The translations under genes and the position numbers were made by a program. From Catajapyx aquilonaris (taxonomy: Eukaryota), in contig JYFJ02000135.1 in the NCBI GenBank assembly GCA_000934665.2, positions 1-64,000 of the forward strand: a stretch of 64,000 nucleotides of DNA. The letters are read 5' to 3'. Under the pieces are notes generated by a model. The model saw only the letters and a program-made list of their open reading frames with translations. It had not been told where the DNA came from and did not search any database. This document shows, piece after piece, positions 28,501 through 39,822 of this stretch; position 1 is the first letter of the stretch, and the number at the start of each line of letters is the position of its first letter.

Positions 28501-31500
28501 AATTTTATTCTCACCTCCTTGGGCATTAAGATGGTCATGAGAATAAAAGGAATGAAGGTGGATCCTTTATAAGAGGTGGCACTCGGCATAAAAAAGGCAG
28601 GAGTCGTGAAAAAAGGAGAGTGTGATTGTTGTGGTCAGTGGGCGCAAAATGTGGTCCCATGGAAGCTTAGTGCCCTGGTGTTGGTGTCTGGTCCTGTCCG
28701 ATCCCTAATCGGCAGTGAGCGGGGCCCAGTAGCCTGCACCTCCAGGGTTTTATAGGCGTCCCGATGGCCCTATGTCAGGGCCAACGTAAACCGATTGTCG
28801 GCCTGCTGTCGTGGGGCTTTGATCACCGGCTCCTTCCGGGGAACTTACCTGTCCCCCAGACCTGCTCTTCGTGCAGAACAAGAGTGGTGGGCCTGGGAAA
28901 TGGACGGCCTTAGATTCGGCTGTTCCTTGACCAAAGAGATGCCCTGTCCTATCTGCAAGTGCAAAGATTACGCATCGCAACTGCAGTCCTTTGACGGCAC
29001 AACCTGTCGTGTCCGGCCAGTCCAGCATGGCGCGACGACCGTTACTCTCTTCGCGCCAAAAGTAACGGCCGCGCATCAAAATTTACCTAGTTAGCCGTTA
29101 GTTAGGAAGCGCGCATCCAGGAGCGGTCCTAAGTTAGGGTATGTTAAAAGGAATGGCGAAGGGTGAGTTGGACCTTAATGGGAAGATTTGTCGACGGCGG
29201 TCGGTGTCGCGGCTGACCATCCAAAAAGGTTTGGGAGGGGCGGTGGCGGCGGGTGTTCCGTAACACGGCGGGGGGGGAGAGTGTCCCTCCGGATCTGTCC
29301 CCCTCCTCTCCCCACACCACCACCTCTCCTGGTCCTCGAGGGCCTGCCAGCCCAGACGGTTTACAACCGGGCCCAAAATGAAGATTCAGTGAGGTGGACC
29401 CTCCTCGGCCCCGGGGCCGGGGCAAAAGGCCTGCTTTATGACTCCTTTGCGGGACGCCCGCTGTCGCACGCCCAGGCCTCAGGTGGTATTTCGTCTCCCA
29501 GACTCTCTTTTTTTCTGTTCCGTAAAGGGGGGGAGGGGAGGGAAGAGCAAGTATATGGGATATACGCACACGAAGGGAGTTGGGTCCGGATGAACAGCCC
29601 GGTGTAAGGTCCGGACATGTTTGTTGGCGCCTTTACTAATGTCGAAAGGGCTCCTGTAGGACTACTGTCCTTTTTGTACTAGGTGGCTGTTTTTCAGTTC
29701 ATAAATAATTATTACACGCAATTTATGCGACGTTGGAGTATGAATATAGCCGACAAGTGGTGCAGGAAGCCTCGTTCCCCCCCAGCTCCTCCTCCTTCCC
29801 AGTGATAAGACCTCGGGAGCCTTTATTTTCCACAACCTACGTCCTTAAATTAACGGAGGAGCCTATCAATCTCGTTAATGTTTCTGAGTTCCAGCCATGC
29901 ATGCACAATGATTACATCATCTTGCTTGATAGCCTGGATCCGCAATATTTTAGATTAATTAAGCAACATATCAACAAGGGAATCTCATAACGTTAATTTA
30001 CAGTCATGATGGTTTTTTTTCTCAGTCTCTTCTCTTCTCTTATACCCTCTCTTCTCTCCAGTTCTGTTCCTTTACAGCCACCACCCCCCGTCGCCATTTC
30101 CTTCCCAATTCCTTGCCATTGCGGGGACGTCCCTACGATTATTGTTCCACGGCTCAACCAAATGTTATGTTAATAATTTCGACTCTGCTCCCTTCTTGAA
30201 GGATGTAAAGTCGTGCTGAATTCCTTGTAGTGCCAGGAATTAGCCAGGCGAATTAAAGCGAGCCGAACATTAACAGTTTTCTATGTGTGGCCATGGTTGC
30301 CAAATTAGTTTGCCAAGATTTTTTTTTTTTGTGGATGTCATTTAAAGTACGGTCAACTGTCATTTATCACCTGGATTATATTTAGAGTATCGGATGAAAT
30401 TAATAATAGAGCTCTCAGGTCTGAAAAAAGCTGGGGGAACAGCCTGTTATTTAGGGCCTATTAGGCTTGTGTTGCAGTTTGTGTTTGCGTCAATAAATGT
30501 CGTTGAGGCAGAGTGAACTTTATTACAGGCGGCGTTCACCAAAAAATGAAAGGTTTTTTTTCCAAAATAGGCAGTTAATTCCGGAACCTCAGCTCATATA
30601 CCAGCCCATTACCATGATAGCAGAGCATGCGAATTTATTTTACAAACTCAACCCAGAGTTTGGTTATGTAAAAGGGTCGGGCCTAAAAGTGGAGGACTTA
30701 TCCGGGCCGAGGTTTTTGAGACAAGGATAGAAGATGAAGACGTCAGGCGTCACGGAGGATGATCCTCTTTCTACTGGAGGTAGCCAGCTGGGGCACAAAA
30801 CTCTGGGGCCTTCCCTCAAATGAACTCGACTTGATTGCAACGCCAGACCGGAGGAAACGGCTGCACTTTGGTGGCAAAAGTTGCGCCGTTTTTCCCAACA
30901 AACCCAATCTGGTTTTCCATTTTTATTTCCGGAAATGTCTCCTGAATAATCCGGATTTTTTTTTCAGACCAGAAAAAAGCACAGGAGGTAAACTGGTGAC
31001 CTCTAAGCCAGATATGTGCAGGAAAATTTGTTGTTGATACAAGCTCTTAAGTGCAGGTCATAATTTGAATATTTGGACAAGCTTGAAACCTGCCCTTGTG
31101 AGACACAAGAACAAATTGGGTTACACTGCTTGCAGAAAACAATTGTGTCGGCCTTGACGTCATATCGGTGGGGATGCGACAAGCGTGACACCTTTGTTTG
31201 TCACTGAGCGATTTATCTCGGGCGGTCAGCGCGCATATAGACGAGGACATTAATCTCGATGTCGGGTCTCGCAGGTCGGAGCACCAAGGACGTGTTGTGC
31301 GTGACCGTGGATGATGACTTTTCCTGCGACGAAAAAAAAAAAGGAACGAGGGGGTCCCTCTGTGGGAACCTATTTTTGACAGGCGTTGACCAGGTCATCT
31401 CGATTCTAAACACGGAGGCCTATGATTTGGTGCAAAGGAGACGTAACGCAGGCTGAGCTGGGAAGTAGGATTGATAGGTGGCTTTTCTCCCTGTGGTCAT

Positions 31501-34500
31501 CAGGGTCTCATCGTCCAAAGAAATCAAGACGGATTTCAGCCCCTCCTCTCCTCTTTTCAAAAAGAAAAAAAAAAGAAAGGTGCATACTAGGAAAACATTA
31601 AGTTTCTTTCTCTTCCGACGGGAATTTGCGGGTCATAAAACCGGGCCGGCTCGTGGTAATGACCGCTTTTCGTCGACCGGGTCAGCTGTGGAGTCTTCAT
31701 CAAGGCGCTCATAAACATGTCGCGGGACTGCCACCAAATGTCGCGATAAAAGGGAGAGAAAAAATATAATAGGGGAGATGGACTAACGAGTGTCTAATGT
31801 CAGCTGTACCTCCCAGAAATGCTAAGGACAACCATGTGTAAGTCCCTCTGGTGGTAGCGTGGGTGAAGATGATCTGATAAACATAGTTGGGAAGTGGGAT
31901 GAGGGGGAGGGGGCGGAAGAGGAACGGCCTCCGATGGCAGCGCCGCAGTGCAAAGTCATTGAAGCTTCCCCGTCAGTAATGGATGGCGATGCTTCCGGGG
32001 ATTAAATTTGATCGCCGTGGACACCAAGATGCATGGCCCCATTTGAAATGATGTATGTCTGCTTTTAGGGGGAAATACATTTCACTCCCAAGTTTCCTGA
32101 GGCCCCCATGATGTGACATTTATTTGGGTCTGTGAAAGCCTCCCTTGGTCATTCCAGGTACGGCAAACTTTTAGTAATCACTGGACCCTGTCTCAATTCT
32201 GTCGGCTTCTAAGAACCCGCTGGCTCAACTAAATTCTCCCCCCGATGGCTTCCTTTCACGTAAATCACGCCATGCAAGGGATAAAAAGGGAGGAAGGGAT
32301 AGAGAGAGAAGACTTTTGCGGATATTTTGATGGATGCTGCTTGCTAGTGTTTCCATGTCTTCTTCGACCATAGAAGGGGAAGGTACCAACAGGACCAATG
32401 GACTCTAGCTCTAAATATTCCAGCGCCGTAATTTATTAGTTCCTTGAATTATGGGACGTATTTGTGATATAGCAAAGGCTGGTCGTAAAGAATGCCAGAG
32501 TGAGACGTTTCGGCCACATACTGTAAATGAAGTGCACCATACTCTCCCCCATATTTTTTTTTTCTTTTTTGGTAGGGAGGGGAGTAGGTAGAGTGTTGGT
32601 GGGGGGGTTATGCCTAGCCCATAATGAATATTATTATGCTAATGCACGGCTTTGTGGCCAATTCGACACTGTTTTCGTCGGCCGGCGCGGTGTGCATGGT
32701 AAGTGCTGCGGCCGAGGGTGTCTATATATCAGAGGTAGATTCTTGGTACAAATATATTCAAAAAAGCGGGGAGAGGGGAGGGCACGGCAACTATTGGGCG
32801 GGACACATTTTGGTGGGGAGCGTTATTAATTAACAGGAAGAATCGGAGTAAACCGGGGGTGGTAATTGAGGTGTTGGAGCACATGCGGGAGTCGTTACCA
32901 CAGATTTTACGACCCAAAAAATCCGGAACCCAAAACCAGGGGGTAGTAACTGCATTATTTGGAAAGGAAACTTCCGGTAAATTTTTTTGAAGTTTGCACA
33001 ATTTTTAAAAGGTGGTATATGCAAATCGATAAAACTGGAGATGCACATAGCCCATCTCAACATCTTCCTAAAATGAAGGCAGGATATCTCTTCTCCTCCG
33101 TCCTCCATACCCCCTGCTATACACCACCTACCCTCTCACAACCCGCAAACATACGGCCTCATTATCCGGCATGAAAGAGAGCGGGACAGCATGATTTAAA
33201 GGAAGCCGTAATGGCAATAGAAGTACAAGAGTTTCAATGCAACGCCGATCCCCAACTGACGGCGTCCTGTGAAATACGGGCCTCCGGAATGATTTCATAA
33301 ATTTTATTCCCCGACTCTTAAGATCGGAAGAGTGATGGCTGCCTCGGGGGAAGACGAGGGCCATAACCATTCTGGAGCGTAGCTTCAAAATGGCATCCCC
33401 CCCACCCTCTTAGATTCCATAATAAAAAATCACTACCCCATGTATTGCATGGTATGTAAAATTTTGCACGTCAAAGCACATATGTGCCCGATTTTTATCG
33501 CTGGGTTGGGGAAAAAAAACTGGCAAATTAAAAGGCAGTGAGGGGTGTAAGGTAGTTGATAGTATCGTTGTACTTATGAGACAATTACTCATCGGTTTTA
33601 GTAGTTGCATTTTTCCTGCAGTTTCTTCCTGATAAGCTGAAATTATAGATAAGTCTGAAATTATGGCATGTGTGTGATTGGCCGGATCTGGTCAGAGTAC
33701 ATCCTGTATACAGTACTTTTATAGGATGATTGCCACGGTGATTATTAAGTAACGCCTTAAGAAAATAAGGAATTTCGAAGTGAATGGCCTGCATAAGAGA
33801 AAGCAGCTATCTGATGCATGGGATCAGCAGCGAGCATATTAATCGCAAGTTTATCAAGTGAAGGCAAAACTTCAACGTCGTGATTCCGGCGATAAAGGTC
33901 ACGTCTACTGAACTCGATGTAAGGTGTGGTGTCTTGATCACAACTTTTTTTCTGATACATATTAGACTCTCAGGAAGTTATGAAATAATTTTTCAGTAGT
34001 TCTTCACACCAAAAATGTCCTCTGAATGACATGACCTACCCAGCGACTCCAGGTCACCCCAGCGAAATAACCTCATTATCCTGAGAACGCCATCCAACCA
34101 TTTGAGTCCAAATGCTATGCCTGCTAATTTATTCTCTGTGCTTGTTTTTTTATAGCCCGCGTGACTTTATCCGGAGCACTAGTTTCACCTGCTGAAGTCC
34201 GGTGTGGCAGGTGTGACATGACTTAGCCTCCCGGAATATATATCCGGGGAGGGCTAGCTTGAGGGCCGCAGAGCGGAGGAGATTCCTCCTGTCCCTAATG
34301 TCCCCTCTCGGGGTCTCCGGGATGCCAAGTTTCCGGGTCGGACAAGTTTAGTGGACAAGTGCGCGCATTTTTTCCTCTCCCCTTTTGGACTGAAAAAAAA
34401 GGTGGTCCAGTCCGACCTTCCCTATCCAAAAAGGCCCTCTTTTGTGGTGTTGGGCAGGTGTTTGTATGGGGCCTCGTAGGAGAAGACAGAAAAGGGACTC

Positions 34501-36716
34501 CCTGGATTTCTATCAAGCGGAAAAGGGCCCGTGTTACACGTCCCGGATTTTTTAAACCCTGAAGCGGGGAAACCTGGATGACACCTACAACTAGAGGTCT
34601 ATCCCCAGGATTTCCCATCCGCCATTTTAGCCTCCCCCAAAACTCTCCCAGTTTTCTCCTCCTCCTCCCTGCTTCCTCCCATAATTCTCTGGGCCCGGAG
34701 CCATAGCCGCCACTAGCAGCAGAAACACTGTATGCACAGCAGCATACTCGAGTACCCCCGTAGTTTCCTCAGCGCCCAGGCATGCCCGGGCATTAATATC
34801 ATATTCTCAAAACTTCCAATGATTTGTGTCCTTTTCTGGAAAGTGCAATTTACAGATAACTGGCGTGATTTACGTCTGAAAGCTTGATAAACTCATATTC
34901 GGCTTGAGTGAGTAATATCTGCATAAAACCTTGAATAGGATTACAAATGTTCATAAATTTCATCCGTAATAATTCAGTCACTCGTAGGCATGATCATTGT
35001 GCAGGAAAGCGCGCTTCCCTCCCACTCTCTGCTCCTTCCCCCACCATTGCCTCCCTCGTTTTCCGAAAATGTAGGGGACCGAGCGGGTGGAGCTTGAAAT
35101 AAGGGCTTCTAATCTCCGCAAACTGGACGAACGCTAGCTACCCCCAGTTTCCTACAGTAGCTCTTGAACCAAAAGGACTTGATGGCAGCAGTTGGGAAAT
35201 GGGAGAGGAAGGCTTCTGGCCAGAAAGGAGGACCCCCTGGATTAGGCGATCGAGGAGAGACAATTCGCTTGCAAAAACAAAAGTAGCATTGGTGAAGAGG
35301 AAAGGGGGGAAGGGGGCAGAGGGTAAAGGGGCAAGAGAGAGGGTGCTTTTATGAACTTCGGGGGGTCCAGAATTTGCTGGGATGGAGTTAGAGAGAGTTT
35401 AAGTACAGAGGTGGGGGAGTAGAAAAGAGCGAGAGTTATGGAGATAGCTGGGACTTTGGGCGGCGCAAAGTGCTCTAGGGGGAGAATTTCCAATGGGCTA
35501 TTTAAAAATAAAGAGTATTAGGCTGGGAATTGACGGCCATCACTTGTTACATAAAGTGTGGTAACTAGAGCTAGGCCAGGGCGTCCTTAGTGTGCCCTGT
35601 GGACTAAATATGGAAGACCTGTGAAACATAATTCTAAAAATTATTAAACACACTTTCATTCGTAAGTTAGTGTAATTAATTATGAATAAATATTCCGGAC
35701 AAGAAATTAAAAATTTGCCTTCAGCCGGCGCAATTTTTCCTGGGGTATTTTCTGAAAGCCGTAGCATATGGTGTTTATTGTGCATACAGTGTTTATTAAA
35801 TATTAAATTTACGGCACATAAGTGATGTCACCCCTCAAAGGGGGATGACATCGTTGTGGTTTTCGTTTTATTGGACAATAAAATAAATGAGTTGCGTGAC
35901 ATACTTTAATCGGACCAACTGCTGTAGAATAACATTTGGTATTATAATTAATGACGTAAATTCGTGCCGTTTGTGTACAACAGCAATAAGGTGTGACTGG
36001 AATTTTTGAGACGAAGTGACAACGCAGCTTTGCTGTCGTCCCTGGCAATGTAGATATTTGGTAAGAGTCGAAGAAAATAGACGTGTTTACTCTTTCAGCG
36101 TTAATTTACAGTGTTGTTGTGGCAGCTTGAAGCGCAGAATTTTCCCACGGACAATTAGGCTACGGAATTGCTCACATAGTCCGAGTTGAGAGTTGCGGTT
36201 TAAATGGCATTATTTGTGCTCGACAGATATGCCGACGTGTTTTTGAAACGCAAACCAAGTATCTGCTTTGTGGTGCAGCTGTCAGCAGAGATAAATACTC
36301 TCTTTTGGGCTAATTATGCTCCCACACAATGCGACCGGTAGGCCTGTGTTTCTATTACAATTTTTTTTTGTTCAAAATCTAATATTTACGGTGCTTAATT
36401 GAAGCCGAAACATTGCACGTTGTGCGGTCACTTTGTGATATGCTATTGCGAATACAGGCTTAGTTGTAAAAGTTGCGCTATATACAGAGCACGCCATGAC
36501 AATTTGCTACTCTGGTATTGGAGAAAGGACTGGTGTAAAAACATGGTGTAAGTTCAACGAGGCTGAACTGGGATAGCCGTCATCTATGCACCCGTTACAC
36601 CCAAGGGCTGAAATATATAACACATAATGTAAGTCATTTACAAATTAATCGCAATGAAAAGGTCATTTAATGAAATACAAATGTCTTGCTGTACGTATGA
36701 AAAGTAATAGTGCAAA

Positions 36717-36975
36717 TGAAGACCTCGGGGGAAGAAAGATCAAGGTCCGCTTTTTGTCAAAAATGAACTAGCCTACATATCTCAGAAGATACTATCACTA
36801 GTGTAGCATAATTATGATTGTTTGGTCGTGGTTGTGGAGTAATGAAAAAAGGTCACAATGGAAGACCCCGAAAGTGGTATTTCCAATGGAACCTTATGGG
36901 CCTTCGAAATTTAAAATTGAAATATCTCAGTTTCACCTGATGTGGATCTTGATCGTTCTTCCCCCGAAGTCTTCA
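36717..36975. repeat. 34-bp imperfect inverted repeat, probable non-autonomous DNA transposon remnant
   Basis: TGAAGACCTCGGGGGAAGAAAGATCAAGGTCCGC (36717-36750) matches the reverse complement of 36942-36975 at 30 of 34 positions. Confidence 0.7.
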
Positions 36976-37427
36976 AATTCAAACACAGCTAATTTGCTCA
37001 TTATTAAGATACTGATGCTGCAGTCGTTTCTGCAAACTGTTGATTTTCAATAATATTGCATCAGTGTTAAATAAGATAAAGAAAGCTCGTATGAAAAGGA
37101 ATACACTCGGAAATGATCCAATTAAGCAACACTGCCCCAGTGCGACATTCATATACTGTGAAAGTGATGCACTGAATGCTTTCTTTCAACCACTACAGTA
37201 TAGGTACTATTACTGGAGTAGAATATCGCACCTATTTTCAGCACCCTTGCGATAAACATTCAATGGGAAAAGTGGCAATATATTCCGCATTGAACAATAG
37301 CCTATTGCTTTAGCCACAAAGTGATAGGAATTCACTACTTTGACCTGATTACCACGCACTGACTAGTCGAATACAGAGGATGTAGTATAAGACACACTCA
37401 AACTGAAGACAAACTAAAAGTTTGTAC

Positions 37428-37465
37428 TCCCATAAAAGGGCTTCCCTCCAATGGGGTTTTTAAAA
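37428..37465 (+). mobile_element. Extremely 5'-truncated non-LTR retroposon insertion (38 bp)
   Basis: Perfect 17-bp direct repeat AAACTAAAAGTTTGTAC at 37411-37427 and 37466-37482 flanks TCCCATAAAAGGGCTTCCCTCCAATGGGGTTTTTAAAA. The insert ends in A residues and resembles the 3' end of the SINE at 41034-41389. Confidence 0.7.
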
Positions 37466-38989
37466 AAACTAAAAGTTTGTACGAATAAAATGTATACAAA
37501 ACATAACAGTGTTGTTTAGAACCTTATCAATTTGCATAATTATATTGCTGTCAACACGTAATAAATGTCAAGAGACCCTGACTTATTCTGTGACAAATGA
37601 CTCTCTGCAATAGTTTTTCCCCAGTTGACGCACTGCTTATTGGGCGTGACTGGTATAAACATGAGAGGCAGTATAAGCAGTCCCGGAATGATGTGGCTGT
37701 GCTTTTTACCCCCGTCCCCCTATCAGAGGTGCTATATTGGCGCACAATGCACGACGCGTGGCAAATCATTGGTGATGGGATGCGATGCAGTAATTGAAGC
37801 GATGAGTTGCATAAGGGCACTTCAGCACGACAGTCTCATTGCTGCAGGGCACTTATGAAAATCATCCATTACACCGGAATCATTGGTAATATTCCTATGC
37901 GGGGGAACTCGTGTTGTGAAAGTAGACTTTTCACTCGGGCATATTTGGACTAGATTGGGTTTTGCAGTTGTATTGTAGTTAATATCAGGTGAATTGGAAA
38001 GCTTGTCGTGACGGATTGTGTTTTTCTGTGATTGCTAGAAAGTACTGATAAATATTGACCTTTTGACCAAAGTGATTTCCATCTCTCAGGACATCATATT
38101 CAGATAGAAAAGTGTCTGTTTGCAAATATATTGTAATTGACCCGCGGTGGACATATTGAAAGGGACGTTTCATGTTGGATTGTCCAGAAGTTTAGATACT
38201 GGCAGAGAAATATCTTTTAGCGACATGACGATGTACTATTGTTAGAGGGGGCCGTTTCCATGCACAATTCACAATATATCATTACTCTACTGCATGCTGA
38301 GACAATAGCATATTATTTTGAGTGATTACCTGTATGCAAGTTTTCATTTGGACTGGGTGAGAATGTTGGAATGAAATTTGTTCTAATGTTGAGGAAGAGG
38401 GACTGCCCAAAGGCGGGAATGAGGGGTTGCGTAGGAGACATGAAGCGCTATTGAAGATATAGGAGAAAGTTAGGTAAAATACTGGAAAAGAAGGCATAAT
38501 AAATACTGTGTCACAAAAGTCAACTCACATCCGCATATGGATTTAAATCAATCGGTACGAATGTGATATAATTTTTGTTATACGACGTATGCAATATATA
38601 TCGAGATAATAGGATGGCTTTCAGGATCATTAGAGCATGCGTATTAATATTGAGAAGTGTTCCGATATCAGCATGCACAGAGAAAGTTATTTACATAATA
38701 TTATTTATGCTGTCAACTTTCTGAATGAGGCGATGAGGACTGAAGAAATTAAGCAATGCTAAAATGTGTTTTGCTTTTTATGCAATACATTGCTATACAT
38801 TTACACTTATAACCTTCATGTTCAGTTGTTCATTGACATGTAGTTAAATAAATATCACTGTTGTCTACAACGTGTCATCAAAGACAGAGAACAATATCCG
38901 CAGATTCTTCCGCAATACAAGAACATGTTACCTTTAAGTAAATAGTAACAGTCATCATCAATTATGCTGAATATGTGACAAAATGTAAT

Positions 38990-39148
38990 TCTGACTTATT
39001 GCTCCGTATTATTTATTACTACTCTATTTTTGACGAAACCTTCACAAATATTTGCTTCTAAATTTTGTAATCGCAAGAAGATCCACATGTTCTAATCGTT
39101 GGCATCACGATGCTCATAAGTTACTTGGATTTACAAGCCAGAGTTCGC
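38990..39148 (-). other. Putative non-coding terminal (3' UTR) exon of the peptide gene
   Basis: Donor-like AAT|GTAAGC at 39480/39479 after the stop. Strong acceptor tgctttcttcttgcAG| before 39148 with an upstream TTTAAT branch-like site. AATAAA at 39017-39012 on the minus strand. The 3' end is approximate. Confidence 0.4.
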
Positions 39149-39532
39149 CTGCAAGAAGAAAGCACTTGCTATTAAAATTCACACTGATTACGCTGCAACA
39201 AAACGCCACTTTTACACGCCATCAAATACAATTAAATAATTTAGACTCCTTAAGTATTAACAATTTCAAATTAACATTTTCCTTCAATTCAAAGCTTGTG
39301 AGAGTGCAATATGTATATGGATGGATATTAATAAAGATTTTTTTTTGAAAATTAAGTTATAGTTCCTTGGTAGGTTACAGGTTATTTATGAGTTTCTCTC
39401 ACAGATATCTCTAATGAGCATAATGTTTTCACTAGCCTGTCACTAAGGTCACGTAACACTTGTAAAAAGCCCAGCTTACATTTAAACACAGTACCGTAAC
39501 GTACATGATTTCCAGTCGGAAGAAGTTGGAAG

Positions 39533-39609
39533 CTAATCGTAGAAATTATCGCAGAAGTAAACACATCGTCCATCGGAAGGGCTAATTTCGTCACAATTAC
39601 ACCCAAGAA
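39533..39609 (-). CDS. Coding exon 2 of the small secreted peptide (endothelin/apamin-like CxC-x9-CxxxC core)
   Basis: Acceptor ctctcatggttttgcAG| (AG at 39611-39610) closes an 84-nt GT-AG intron. Read in the phase set by exon 1 it gives VLGCNCDEISPSDGRCVYFCDNFYD-TAG, with four Cys. Spliced CDS is 144 nt (47 aa plus stop). Confidence 0.7.
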
Positions 39610-39693
39610 CTGCAAAACCATGAGAGTCGAGAGTTATTTAATGCCACTAATTTTGTCAAGATGGTACAGCACGTAGGAGGTATATCTCCTTAC

Positions 39694-39760
39694 CGGTTGC
39701 ATTAGCCGTGTCCACAAGCAGTAAAACCGCCATCACCAAAAGTAGCAGAGTCTTCATCAT
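39694..39760 (-). CDS. Coding exon 1 of a small secreted cysteine-rich peptide gene (signal peptide)
   Basis: ATG ATG AAG ACT CTG CTA CTT TTG GTG ATG GCG GTT TTA CTG CTT GTG GAC ACG GCT AAT GCA ACC G translates to MMKTLLLLVMAVLLLVDTANAT plus one base. It shows a basic N-region, hydrophobic core and A-N-A cleavage motif. It is followed directly by donor G|GTAAGG (GT at 39693-39692, phase 1) and preceded by a correctly spaced TATA/Inr. Confidence 0.75.
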
Positions 39761-39787
39761 GCTTAGTCCAGTGATGATAACCACTAT

Positions 39788-39822
39788 ACTAAGATGGTCC
39801 GAGCTTCTGTCTCATACTTATA
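39788..39822 (-). promoter_or_regulatory. Core promoter of the peptide gene (TATA box plus arthropod-type initiator)
   Basis: TATAAG at 39822-39817 and TTAGT at 39792-39788. The Inr A (39790) lies 32 nt downstream of the first T of the TATA box and 30 nt upstream of the ATG. Confidence 0.6.

Noticed and set aside
39382..39621. Track ORF MVLQFLGVIVTK... overlapping the peptide exon 2
   Set aside because: Different frame, starts inside the predicted intron, and is incompatible with the phase-1 donor of the signal exon.
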